A stretch of 63,993 bases of DNA, filler included, from Porpidia crustulata (Eukaryota), in assembly GCA_964255105.1 (NCBI GenBank). It is 10 parts of 10 records of this genome, joined end to end, with 100 filler letters (N's around TTAATTAATTAA, not from the genome) between each part and the next. Parts side by side here need not be neighbours in the genome. Positions count along the whole stretch, not along the records: positions 12,892 to 19,229 come from CAXUWE010001566.1; positions 19,330 to 25,665 come from CAXUWE010001567.1; 8 more parts are not named here. The stretch is one strand, 5' to 3'. The notes below the pieces were generated by a model. It saw only the letters and a program-made list of their open reading frames with translations. It was not told the origin of the DNA and made no database searches. The position numbers and the translations under genes were made by a program. Positions 14,241-25,765 of the stretch are shown here, piece after piece. Positions within the stretch are counted from its first letter, which is position 1; the number at the start of each line of letters is the position of its first letter.

Positions 14241-15226
14241 TCACTTCTTTGGGTACTTGTTCCGAAACAAATACTGACTGAGGTAATAATCTCCAACTGC
14301 GAATACCCCCACAGCCCCAGCCCATAGTCCCGCAATTTTCCAGCTCAAGTCTCCCGCGCTGTACTTCTTCCAAACGCCCACGCCTAACCCCGCGCAAATT
14401 GCCGTAATTACCACTGCATTACCGATAATCACGGGGTTATCACGGTTGGCACTGATGTCATCTCGGGTGTGGATAGCGCTGTCTTTCGCCTGCTCGGATT
14501 TCTTTGCTGCAGCACGCTTGGCTTTGTCGTAGTTCTCTGAAGGATGGTTGTAAATATCCGACGCCTTGTCAGCGGCTTCGTGTCCCAGCTCTGAGACGCG
14601 CTGGGGAGCGTTCGAGGCGGCCTCGCGGCCTTCTTTGGAAAGCTTGGAGGCTTTCTTCTGCCCTTCCTCGGACATTTCGGAAGCTTTTTGCTGGGCTTCT
14701 CGTGAGTATTCCAAGACCTTGTCGGAAGCTTGGTTTGCCGTAGCGCGGGCGCGGTCCGCAGCTTCGCGGGCTTCACGGTCGGCTTGGGTGCGGGTTTTTG
14801 TGGCTTGATCGGAATAGTCGGAGGAGACAGAGGAGATGTGAGGGGAGTCGACGTCGATCAGGGAGGCGGCGGAAGATTCGGTTTCCTCAAGCTTGGGTTG
14901 TGGTGGGGCACGACTAGGAGTCAGGGTTAGTTGATGTTTCTTGTAGTGAAACCTACGGAATGTGAGGATTGGGCAATGAGGATACAAGGTTGGTAGAACA
15001 CTAGGTTTGATCGAGCTTCGCGGTATATTGGGACTATGAAATAAAACCGCGTAGAATCAACCCCGGGAGTACTTTGCACCTTCAAAGAACGAGATTCTAC
15101 TTACGCCTATGAAGATTTCATTAGCATGGGATTTGCTTGTTTACTCCGAGTAGCATAGGAGTATGAGGGACTGACTTCTTCAGGGGACTGTTTCGGCCCC
15201 TTCGAGGCAGCTTGAGCGTAAGACAT
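14241..15226 (-). CDS. OM14-like mitochondrial outer-membrane protein; 3 exons including a 2-nt micro-exon
   Basis: Spliced product MSYAQAASKGPKQSPEE-A-RAPPQPKLEE...SLIDVDSPHISSV, a LEA-like helical middle, and C-terminal NPVIIGNAVV plus two hydrophobic helices. Confidence 0.75.
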
Positions 15227-15817
15227 CCTCAAGGCACCCTTGCTGCGGAAAGAAACTGCGCTCGACGGTTTCCAAGATTGTTTTCGGGGCTCAAAGCTGC
15301 CAGTATAGCTGGAGTCTACCTCTGTGGAGAGGAAATCAATTGGATTTCCCAAAGGAGTGGGTCGCGCGGTAGAGAACGAGGAGGATGGAAAATTATGAGG
15401 GGAGTAGATTTGGTCTTATGAGGTTATCCAAGGTTCGAGGCGTTTGAGTCCTAGCTCCGGCTTTCTACGTCATCTTGCCGGATCTTCCCGACATTTTCAT
15501 CTGGAGCTCTAAACTCCCACGATGATTGCCAGCTTGAGCCACAGATCACCAGATGGTTAAATGACAAGTAATTTTGGCGCAAACCCTCAGGCATCAGTAC
15601 AAAGACTATTCTATTACTAATCTCCGTATTTGGCTCATTGACAAAAATCTCGCAAAATTGTTATCAGTTGTGTACGATGCAACTGTTGTATGAAGTACAA
15701 AATACTGCTATTTTATGAGCCCTAACTCCGCGCTTTATTATCAAGTTCACAGCTCGTTGTACATGTAACCCTTCATTTTCCCCAGAACCCCACGCAGCAT
15801 CTCTCCGAACATAGGTC

Positions 15818-16717
15818 CTACCTCAAAAGATATATCACCAGCCAGCAGAATGCAAAGAATAATAATGCTCCAACATAGAAGATCCACTTGTCCTGCTTCG
15901 CTCTTCTCTCTACCATTCGAATTGTATCTCCACTCACCCCCAAAGTGTTAGCAACACTATACAGCTTCTTCTGTGTGCCCTTCAATATCTCTCTTTGATG
16001 CCCTAGATCGCCGAGCACAGCGCGCCCCCGCTCAAGATACTCGTCTAATTGAGCGTTTGTCGATGACATGAAGGTCTGCTCACGGAGCGCATGTGTTTCG
16101 CGAGTGTAGTCGGCCGGAGATGTACCGAATGAAAGAGAATTGGGTTTCGAAGAAGATGGCGCAAAGGGGGAGTTGGCGGATAGAGCAGATTGAGCGTAAG
16201 GGTTTTCGGGCGTAGACGTGTGATGTGGACGGCGCCCTAAAAGCTCCGTACGATTTTGCGACGTTTGCTGTTACATGGAATTTTCAGCAAGGAAGGTGAT
16301 CAAGGGAGTAGAAAGCTACTTACGGCATCTTCTCGATCTTTCTTCAGACGATCGAAGGATTGGCGGTAGTCCAGCAGCTCTGCACGAAACGTCTTTAGAC
16401 GTTCACGAGCCTTTTCCTGCTTTGCTGGAATGAGCTCTTTCTTAGCTACTTCGGTATAGTCTTCTATTGTTCGAGACAAGGAGGTGAGAGAGGCGGAGAT
16501 TTGGCCTGTCAACATCTATCAGAACTAATGAAAAAAACGTAAAAGGCAGCATGGTCGGTGACCTTGCAGCGCAGAAGATGAGGTCGCGGGCGCTTCTGCG
16601 AATGCATCAAGATCACGTCGTACAGAGGAGGATTGCTTGAGAGCAGAGTTGAAGAGTGAATTCTACGGCTGTTAGTTCTTTAATTACCATAGGTAGGGTA
16701 CAGGACCAACCGACCAT
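15818..16717 (-). CDS. BOS1: ER-Golgi Qb-SNARE Bos1/membrin, 4 exons (first coding exon is ATG only)
   Basis: M|NSLFNSALKQS...GQISASLTSLSRTIEDY...ANTLGVSGDTIRMVERRAKQDKWIF followed by a TM helix. Confidence 0.92.
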
Positions 16718-17411
16718 TGCGTACAAGGCAGAGGTATTGCTGAATGTGAAATTTCGCGGTCGCCTTGCCAGCCCTATCAAAGTGCGATTGCCATACGTGG
16801 CTAGATCATCGTTGGGTTCCAACAGTCGGTAAACCCTGGTCACCGAGTCGGTGCCTGGAGATCACTGCATACGGAGAGCATGAACTTCTAGGGGTCGAAT
16901 TCAGATTTCTGCATACATGGACATTCGGCGGATTTCTGTCGGTCATGCTCACGGATCAATTACACACATTGCTGCCGTTGCCAATGCGAATTGAGCACTT
17001 GACGAAATGGCATGTGAAACGTAATGCGCATCGTCATCGCCGATTACTCTCCCTCGTGTTTTGTAGGCAAATCGAAAGCCGATTGTTCGGATCTCCGTTC
17101 TCACTGCTTACATCTAGGCACCGACTATGTGTATCCAATCTTCCTACTACACTCTCAATCCTTCGTTTCAAAGTGTGGGGAAGAACCTTGGCAGCTGCTG
17201 AACTTGTGAGCCGGATCGTAACCACAATCTTGGTTTTTCAACTTTTCAATTCACTGTTTGTTGCTGTTCCTATGACGTGTCACACAAAGCTTTCATGAAT
17301 TCCATTGTTCATTTCCTATGATCTTTGTTTCATACCGCCAGCACCTCTTAAATTCTTCCACTCTCAGATCGCACCAGCCAAGCGTCTTCACTACCTCGGC
17401 ATTTTTCCAAG

Positions 17412-17942
17412 ATGCATCCTTCGCTCTCAGCATCCTACCTTCTCCCCGCCATCCTACTCAACCCCGTTCTTTTCCTCCACAGTCTCAACGCCATTTTATC
17501 CAGATTACTTCCACCGATAGCGGTCGCCTCTACTACGCAACCACTTCCATACTCAAGATTCGGCCCTTCTGCAAGCCATCCACATCTCGATATCCACGCT
17601 TCAGAAACACTATGTTGGAGCTATACTATTCTCATCATGATTGTCAATATGATCGCTTTTGGGAGGATCAGTGATGTGAGGGAAAAGCGGAGAGAGGGCA
17701 GAAGGACCAAGGAGAAGTGTGTGCTCTCTGTTCGACACGATCTCAGCCCCGAAGTGAAGCAGACCAACGGACACGCAAAACACCTGAATGGTCTACCGCT
17801 CTCATCTGATGGCCGAGGAGGCGACGCCAACAATGACACAGCGCTGAAAAATTACGATCTAGAGTGTCCATTTACCGAGAGTGATGTCGATTTCGATTCT
17901 CCCGGAAGCAACATTACCACCGATTCAGAGATCATACTATGA
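17412..17942 (+). CDS. Hypothetical membrane protein
   Basis: 176-aa ORF with a hydrophobic N-terminus, a second TM (LCWSYTILIMIVNMIAFG) and an acidic tail; family not recognised. Confidence 0.6.
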   Translation: MHPSLSASYLLPAILLNPVLFLHSLNAILSRLLPPIAVASTTQPLPYSRFGPSASHPHLDIHASETLCWSYTILIMIVNMIAFGRISDVREKRREGRRTKEKCVLSVRHDLSPEVKQTNGHAKHLNGLPLSSDGRGGDANNDTALKNYDLECPFTESDVDFDSPGSNITTDSEIIL

Positions 17943-18581
17943 TTTGCATTCGATACTCCCACAACAGATCGGTTTTTCTGTCTTTCAGTGCAGTCACTTC
18001 TCCAACGGCACTCCTAGGGTCGTACGGCGTTCTCCGGTATAGAGAGTTAAAAGCATAGGGGCAGTGAACTACCCAGGCGTCACGGACACATCACGGCAAT
18101 TCCAACCACGGTATGAACTATTCAGTGTACATATTACATCTAGCACCTTAGCAAAGCAGCGCTGGCTCTCGCTACAAAGCGATTGACGCTCGCAGAAAAA
18201 TTTGTTTCGAGCTCAGTAGTGTGATGACATGCGTGAGATTTGCAGTAGCTCAAGCGAAATATTTTGATAACCCTATATTGAAGCCAAGGCAACAGAGAAG
18301 AGATGCGTTGATGCGTCTATCTAAGATCGTACACGTACATCCTGGGACTCGGCCCCCTTCTAATGAACCCCATGTTCCCCAATTGTAAATGCCGCTGAAC
18401 TCCTATTGCACATTCGTGTTGTACATCCTTTGGTCTTGCCTAGATTTCCAATGCTCATAAAAAGCATTATCTTAGTTCACCTTCCCGTTCATACCAGGTA
18501 TGGTCGTGACGTCGGCCATCCTTTTGTAATCTAACACCCATCACCACCGTTGGATCCCATGGCCCAAATACCATGGTTTTC

Positions 18582-19229
18582 CTACTTTTCAGTCCTGTCC
18601 CCAGTCGCATCATGCGTTGCCTTGGGCACTATTGCATCGCTCTCGCTCTGCACACCATGATCCTGCACCACCTGCTGCGTTGTCGCTTTCGCTCTTTCCG
18701 TTATCCCCATTTCCTCATGCGGGTTCCCTGCCTCCACCATCGATGCCCTCGACGACGATTTCGTCGGCCCTACCGCCGATGTCGCCGCTGTACCCGCTCC
18801 CTCGGCCGCAATCGGGACTTCGCCCTCCGCTCCCCCAATCTCCCCTAACTCTCCTTCCCCACCATCGTCACCGTTTTCCCCAAGCTCCTCACCGTAGATA
18901 TCAGGATGTTCGGCAAAGCACCCTTGCATCGTCTTGAAATGCTCAATGCAATCCATGCCCTTCGGTTCATCTTTCGAAAACACGAAACAGCTGAACGCGG
19001 CCCGGAACTGCTCGCCGCAGGGACCGTGGGCCATACCGCCGAGGCACGGACATTCCCAGTTGATCTCCCCGGTTTCCTCGTTGAAAGCGCCTTCCTGGGA
19101 GGCTTCTTCCTCGGTTTCTTCCAGTTGGCCGGGGGAGGTGATGGCGGTGATGTTTTCGGAGGACGAGGGAGCAGGAGGTGGGGGTTTAGGAGCGCGGGAC
19201 GCGGAGATGGATTTGAGGGTTGGCAATGG
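18582..19229 (-). CDS. MIA40: Mitochondrial IMS import oxidoreductase Mia40, C-terminal part (5' truncated)
   Basis: [29 protein letters not shown]...[12 protein letters not shown] gives CPC plus twin CX9C. Confidence 0.95.
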   Translation of the reverse strand, partial: PLPTLKSISASRAPKPPPPAPSSSENITAITSPGQLEETEEEASQEGAFNEETGEINWECPCLGGMAHGPCGEQFRAAFSCFVFSKDEPKGMDCIEHFKTMQGCFAEHPDIYGEELGENGDDGGEGELGEIGGAEGEVPIAAEGAGTAATSAVGPTKSSSRASMVEAGNPHEEMGITERAKATTQQVVQDHGVQSESDAIVPKATHDATGDRTEK

Positions 19230-19329
19230 NNNNNNNNNNNNNNNNNNNNNNNNNNNNNNNNNNNNNNNNNNNNTTAATTAATTAANNNNNNNNNNNNNNN
19301 NNNNNNNNNNNNNNNNNNNNNNNNNNNNN

Positions 19330-19622
19330 TGTGGGAGGCGTGGATGTGGGGGAAGGGGGGGTTTACAGCAAAGGCCCGCAACTGAGGTGTCGCGTTTGCG
19401 CACCAAATCTTTGAAGTACTCAGGGAATCGTTTGTGCTTGGAGACTCCGCTGATGGAATGGAGTAGGTCGATGTACAGTGGCGAGAGATCGGCGCCGATG
19501 GTCGGAGTCGTTGTAGCTGTCGCGCCTTGAGGGTTGCACGACGTATAACCGCTGCCACAAGCCTGCGCGTTTCCACCAACTACCAGGGCCGCAGTAGCGA
19601 GCAGAACGAAGAGTAATTGCAT
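19330..19622 (-). CDS. Secreted Cys-containing protein, N-terminal part (truncated)
   Basis: Signal peptide MQLLFVLLATAALVVGGNA, CGSGYTSC, dibasic KR sites, LCC then an intron donor. Confidence 0.65.
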
Positions 19623-20050
19623 CGTTGCAGATATTTGAAAAGAGTGTATTCGGAGCTTCGTGATGCTCTACAATGCCGCTGTGAATTGATCTGAAGGAGT
19701 GACGACGTTAAAGACCGAAGGCCGCGATGAAGATTGCGGAGGATTTTTTATGGCGCGTGCCCCTCTACTATTATTATTGTAAAGGATGCATCAGCGCGCT
19801 TTGACTGCGCAGTGAGGTGCAGGGGAGGTGGGTACGGAGTACTTCCATCGATCACAACACTCCAGTGAGTCGGGAGGGTTTCGGATGACGAGGTCTCTTG
19901 TATGTCTTGGTGTTGTAGACATCGTGTCTGTAGTTATTTTTTGCCTTCATCATTCGTCAGGTCCTTGGGCTGCTTGTGCTGTGTCGATATCTTCTTTTCT
20001 GCTGGATGTGTCGGCGTACAGCCGCTAAATAGGTAAAATTATTCGGTGTA

Positions 20051-20124
20051 ACCCCTCAACGGGCCATGCATCATAGGGTTAGGGTTATATCTACTAGTTT
20101 GATTCGGGTGGCCCGTTGAGGGGT
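20051..20124. mobile_element. Small inverted-repeat element / MITE relic with internal telomeric repeats
   Basis: Perfect 16-bp IR (ACCCCTCAACGGGCCA 20051-20066 / TGGCCCGTTGAGGGGT 20109-20124) enclosing TAGGGTTAGGGTTA. Confidence 0.6.
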
Positions 20125-22171
20125 GAGAGCGAGAAATCTAGGACATGAGATCTCAGTCTTTGAGATACTTAGAATGCCTCAGACACTCAAATTCCCTGAA
20201 TACTTTCAGACTTTTTTTTACTTTACATCTGGAAATGAAATGCTACTGTTGTTGAAAGACATATCTTGTTGCAAAGCTGGTATCTGCCTTGTGTCTAGGA
20301 GTCCACTAACAGCCCAAGAGCTTCTAGGTTGAAAGGCGCCCAATACCTGAGATATAGCTTGACGCTCTACTGCTCTTGCTTTTACGACTTTGCAATGGGA
20401 AATATCTACAAGCTCAGTGGCTGTCATTCTCGCAATTTCCACATCACAACCATCCTACAATGTGAGAGGTAAAAGCTATTCTCCACAATAACTGTCTACC
20501 AAAAGTAACGCTATCGCTTCCACTGCAATCAACAATTCTGGCGCCTGCAAGATCAATCCCCAACGATGCACACTCGGGCACAAGCTTGGAAGTGTCTTGC
20601 ATATTACAGCATGGCAATTCCACAATCTGATCAGGCGGGACAGAGAGAAAGAGATTTAGTTTTGGGGCCCGATCTGACGCCTTTTCCTGGGAATGAAATG
20701 CCCGATGGCAATCGGTACACGTTTGATACGCAAGCTACTCTTGCCTACAATGGCAATAGCCAGTTGACACTATGATCCTGGGCCCATGGGAATTGAAACG
20801 CCACTTCAGCTGCACTGGGAAAGCCAGCCTTCGACTTTGAGGTATAGTGATCTACAGTGGGAATTCCCCGCACTGCAAACCCAAGGCCCGTGCTCCCGCT
20901 GAGGATGCATCAATCACCTGGGAGCTGCATATCTTGACGTTTTGTATCTGGATGAAATCCGCTTTCTTTTCATCGACCTTACAACAAGCTCTCTTATCAT
21001 GTCTTATCTTGACACCGTCCACAAGAATTACATCATAAAGCATGAGATGGCAGATGTCAGATCACACTCGAGGATCCCAATGGGGATCACAGGATCCCGT
21101 ACCCAACGATTGCCTTCACTAGCTGGCCGATCTAGTCAAAGCCGAGCCGCGTGTGGAGCCGTTCATTTAGCCTCGCATCGATGTTTGACGATGTATCGTT
21201 CCCTTCTTTCTCCTCATCGTCGCAAATATCTTTGGAACGTCCGTCTTTGATCGTTCCTTTCGATCGCCCTCATATCCAATCAAGAATGATTGTCGCTTGA
21301 TAGTATTGGAAGTGGCTTAGGGTCATAGCGTACCCTACGACCTGGGCTTGCCCATCACCTCCCTTCGGACATTAGTATACTTCTTGATCTTTGTTCGGTC
21401 CATCCTTGCATGACTGGTCAAGAAAATCTCCGCTCGAACCGGCCTCATCTCGACAACGGAGGCTCTTCCACCCAACAGGTGATCTCAGGTTTGCAGAAAC
21501 TGATTGGCTCGGCAATCTTGTACACTCGTTGATCTAGCTATGAGGAGTATGCCATGTGTGGTGCATTGGTCTAGCCATATGTGGTTCGTTTTGTACTGCA
21601 CAACCAAGGGATTTCCATGAACACTCTGACGTCTTTCTTTATAAGGTGCCCCAACAATATCCATGTCAAACGACAGGTAGCGTCTCATAGTAGTTCGAGT
21701 ACTATAATTACGCTCATCTGCTGCTCGAGGGAAAGCCATTACTCGTCACCATGGATGAGAGAGACCTTATCAGGTACGCGGTAGCTAGAGCTAAGAAATG
21801 CACGAAATCCACCCTTCAACTTGACGCGGTGTTATTTATCCAAGGCCAACGATTATATGTTTGTGCTGCTCCCATGGTCTCTATCTTGAAAGTATACCCA
21901 ATCCTTCCCTATATGGCCATTTGAGTAATCAATTATTCGTGATTACGTGGGATTTCTTACATAGACATGGCATTTTGCTGTGTCCTTCCTCACCGCCGTG
22001 CATTATAATCAAAGCTTAAGGGCTATTTATATTCAATATCTACCTCGTCACCTTCCGTCGCTTTCGAGAGCATTCCCCTTGTCATTTCTCATATCATACT
22101 AAGCATCTGACACCTCAATTAGTTATGAGGCCAGTGGCCGTTATTCTGCGTTGTCCTTTGAAGTTCTAGCC

Positions 22172-24667
22172 ATGTCGAAGCTGTCTCTTTTACTTACGAA
22201 TGTGACCCCATGGCTCGTTCTTGGGGTCCTGATGGTCGCTTTACTGCGTGCTGTATATGACTACTTTCTGTCTCCACTCGCAAAGCTTCCCTCCATCCAC
22301 TGGTCTGCAAGGTTGACCCGCGGGAATATTCTTTACACAAAATACTTTTCCAGCGTTCGGCATGCTCACTACAACGCCCACCTCAATCGTCAAGGTGACT
22401 GCGGCTTTCGGCCGATTCTCAGAACGGGCCCAGCCGAAGTATCGATCATGACTACAGATGGTGTTCAGACCGTGTTTGGTGGTGGTTTCGACAGACCACC
22501 TTGGTATGACGTTTTTTCAAACTTTGGGTCAGTTGCAACCATTTGTTTCTCGCTGCATTGCTTAACGTAAAACAGGAGCCAAAACATGTTCTCTATGGGA
22601 CCAAGACAGAGTCATGCTAAGCGGCGGCGAATTTTTGCTTCTGCTTATTCGAAAACATCGATCTCGCATTTCCATGTGCAAAACATAATAAAGACTCGAA
22701 CCGCAACGTTGCTTCGTTTCATCGATCAACAAATTAGTACCGAAGATTTCTCATTTGGCAAAAGTGGTCCACTCGTTATCCGCAATATGTTTCGAGCCCT
22801 GCAGGCCGACATATTCACTGCATTCGCATTTTCTGAAAAGGATGGCACATCTTTCCTGGAAAGACTGAAGAGTGGTGCAAACACAATAGAGGACCTCGGG
22901 ATGGAATCGATGGATCTTTGTCACGATGAGAAACGTGACCCGTTCTTCTTTTGGGAGAGCGAAACCCCATTTAAGCATATTGGTCGTTTTATCGTTGCGG
23001 AAGGGCCTGCTATTCACGCAAAGGCTCAACGATGGCTATCCGGGCTGATGGCGAAGTATGAATCAAAATTACAAGCTGAAGAAAAAAACAATCCCGATGA
23101 GGCATTGTCCGGCTTCAACTATAGTCCATATAGGAAGATGTTGACTTGGCGAAATCCAGACACGGGACGGCCATTGAGTTGGGTTGAAAGGGCTAGCGAG
23201 ATAATGGATCACTGTGGTTTGACACTCCAAATTTGCGTATATGATATACAACCCTCTAAAATTCCTTTTAGTAGCGGGACAAGACGCCGTACCGGCGGCT
23301 TTGGAATTCATGACCAGATCCCTAAGCGCCCATCCAGAAGTTCAGTCTAAGCTACGCCTTGAACTACTTACCTCGGTTCCACTTGACGCTCAGTATCGGA
23401 CCTTTGCTATGATCGACAATTTACCGTATCTCAACGCCGTAATCATGGAAAGTCTTCGATTAGTAGACACGATTTCTTCGTATCAGACTCGAGTGGTGCC
23501 TCCAGGAGGTTGCGTGATCTTGGGCTACTTCCTCCCCGCTGGCGTATGCTCCCTTCCCATTACTCCTTTAAATCAGCTACAAGTGGATTGATTGTTCCTG
23601 CATACTGAACCTCGGTGTACCTCTAGACCATCGTTTCTTCCCAACCACACCTCATCAATCGTCAATCTGATATCTTTCCTTCTCCGGAAACCTTTGATCC
23701 TTCCCGCTGGCTCGTCCCACGGGAGAGCTACCGTACCCTTGCGAAGAGCATGTGGACCTATTCTAGCGGCCCTCGAGGTTGTATCGGAAGAGAGCTGTCT
23801 CTAGCTAGTAAGTTTTCACGTACTGTAACCATCGTTATTATCGTGTCTAATGCAATATTTATTGTGGCAGTCATGAAGACTGTACTTGTGGACGTGTACA
23901 CTAGGTACACTACAAGACTCTTGAATGAAGACCGTGTAGAAAGAAGGCCGTGGGAGGGTGCAGATCGAATGACGGAATTACAATTTGAGTGCTTACTCGC
24001 TTGTGCAGAGGGCGAACACATTGAGAAACGGGGGTCAAGGACTCAAATGGTGCAAGACATGCCGTACGATGGCGCCAACGAAATGATGATTGAAACGTCC
24101 AGAAGACCTTCAATGTTCCAGACCAACGATATCGCTCCTGATATGACTGATAACGTGGGACGACGACCTTCTGTCTTTGCCCCGAATATTACTCACAACG
24201 AGATTTCCCACTTGTGTGGAAACAGCGACCGCCAGCCGTCATTGTTCTCTCCGGACTTCTCTTTGCTACAACCCCCAAAGAATGACGAGATGGGGAGGAG
24301 GACCTCATACTTCCCTCCAGACTGCGTCTACACGGAGCAAGACTCGCCGAAGCCTTCACCTCCGCCAACAATGCTACCAATCTGGGAAAATTACGGGAAT
24401 GCCAGTGCTCCAGCGCAGAGGAAGCCGTCACTCCTACCTTCCTTGATCGCAATGGGCCCGGCTTCGAAGAGGGTTGAACGTGTGGAGCGAGCAGTGCTAG
24501 CAGAAAAGGCGGATAACCTCCAAAAAGACGGACAAGCAGAAGAGCCGCAGCAACGACCAACGAAGGGGCCATTGGCGCGAGCCAAAAGACCTGCGTTGAT
24601 GCATCGGTCCACGGCTCCTGATCGTGTTGCGGGTGTGCTGGAGTTAGTCGGGCAGAGCGCCTTGTGA
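22172..24667 (+). CDS. Cytochrome P450, 5 exons, with a long disordered C-terminal extension
   Basis: N-terminal TM, K-helix ESLR, PERF-like FDPSRW, heme motif YSSGPRGCIG. Four GT-AG introns keep the frame; ~225 aa follow the P450 fold. Confidence 0.88.
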
Positions 24668-25363
24668 ACTATCTTCTTTGGGCAGGCCTAGCATAATGGG
24701 ATCGGCGGAGAAAAGTAACAATGTCTGTCTTTATTTGTTTGAATTGAAATCAATCATGCTATTTCCGAGGCTCTCAAAAGTCTTTCAAAGTATACATACA
24801 AGAAGAGTTGATGGCCAAATTTTTGCTGGAAGGTAGGGAGTTGGAGGCGGTTTTGTCATCTTATCTTGCAGCTATGAATAATACGGAAACTCGTACATGA
24901 AGAAACATATTAATTCTCGAAGAACCTTCAAGGAAACTGAATCCTTGAACAGGTGCGTTGAACCCTCCATCAAGTCGACACTTCCTTTCTTTCTTGCTGC
25001 ACATCCTCAAGTCTGTAACCAAGCGAGAAGCATCGAAAATAATCCTAACGGTCCTACCCTAAACATCATACCAATGTACATGAATTAACTACGGACAGGA
25101 CGCTCTATATTCTGTAATCGCGGGCTCTAACCCAATTCCGTTGCAACAAAACGTGTTTCGAGATTCGACAGACCGTCCGCTGCGCCTCTCCAGTCTGACA
25201 CTCGTCCGGGAACCCAGCTGAAGAGGCCTTAATATCCCAAAGTGTTTCCGCTAAACACCGTGCCCGCAACATACGACACTTACTCCCTCCCTCCCCATCG
25301 CTCTGTTTCGTCTTCCAAAGTCCCATCATCGTCCCCAATCCACCACCTCAACCCTCGCCCACC

Positions 25364-25665
25364 ATGCCAATCTCCAGCTCGCCTCCCACCATCTCGCTCC
25401 TCCTCGCCTCCCTCATCCTCCTTCTCTTCTCCACCGGCGTGACCGCGACTGCGTCCTGCTACTTCCCCAACGGAAAAGACCAAAACGCCGGCCAGCAGGC
25501 CGCAGAAGGCATCGCCTACATACCGTGCAACCCGCGCGCGAACAACAGCATGTGCTGCGCGCCCTGGGACACCTGCCGGCCCGACGGCCTCTGCCAAAGC
25601 TCCAACGACGGTAATACCTGGCGCGATAGCTGCACCGACCGCACCTGGCAAAGTCCCAGCTGCGT
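25364..25665 (+). CDS. Secreted or membrane Cys-rich protein (Mid2-like architecture), N-terminal part (truncated)
   Basis: Signal peptide, then CYFPNG...PC...SMCC...C..DGLC...RDSCTDRTWQSPSC. Confidence 0.75.
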
Positions 25666-25765
25666 NNNNNNNNNNNNNNNNNNNNNNNNNNNNNNNNNNN
25701 NNNNNNNNNTTAATTAATTAANNNNNNNNNNNNNNNNNNNNNNNNNNNNNNNNNNNNNNNNNNNN

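Noticed and set aside
16765..17298. 177-aa ORF between BOS1 and the hypothetical gene
   Set aside because: Non-ATG start, no motifs, and it lies in the promoter/5' UTR region.
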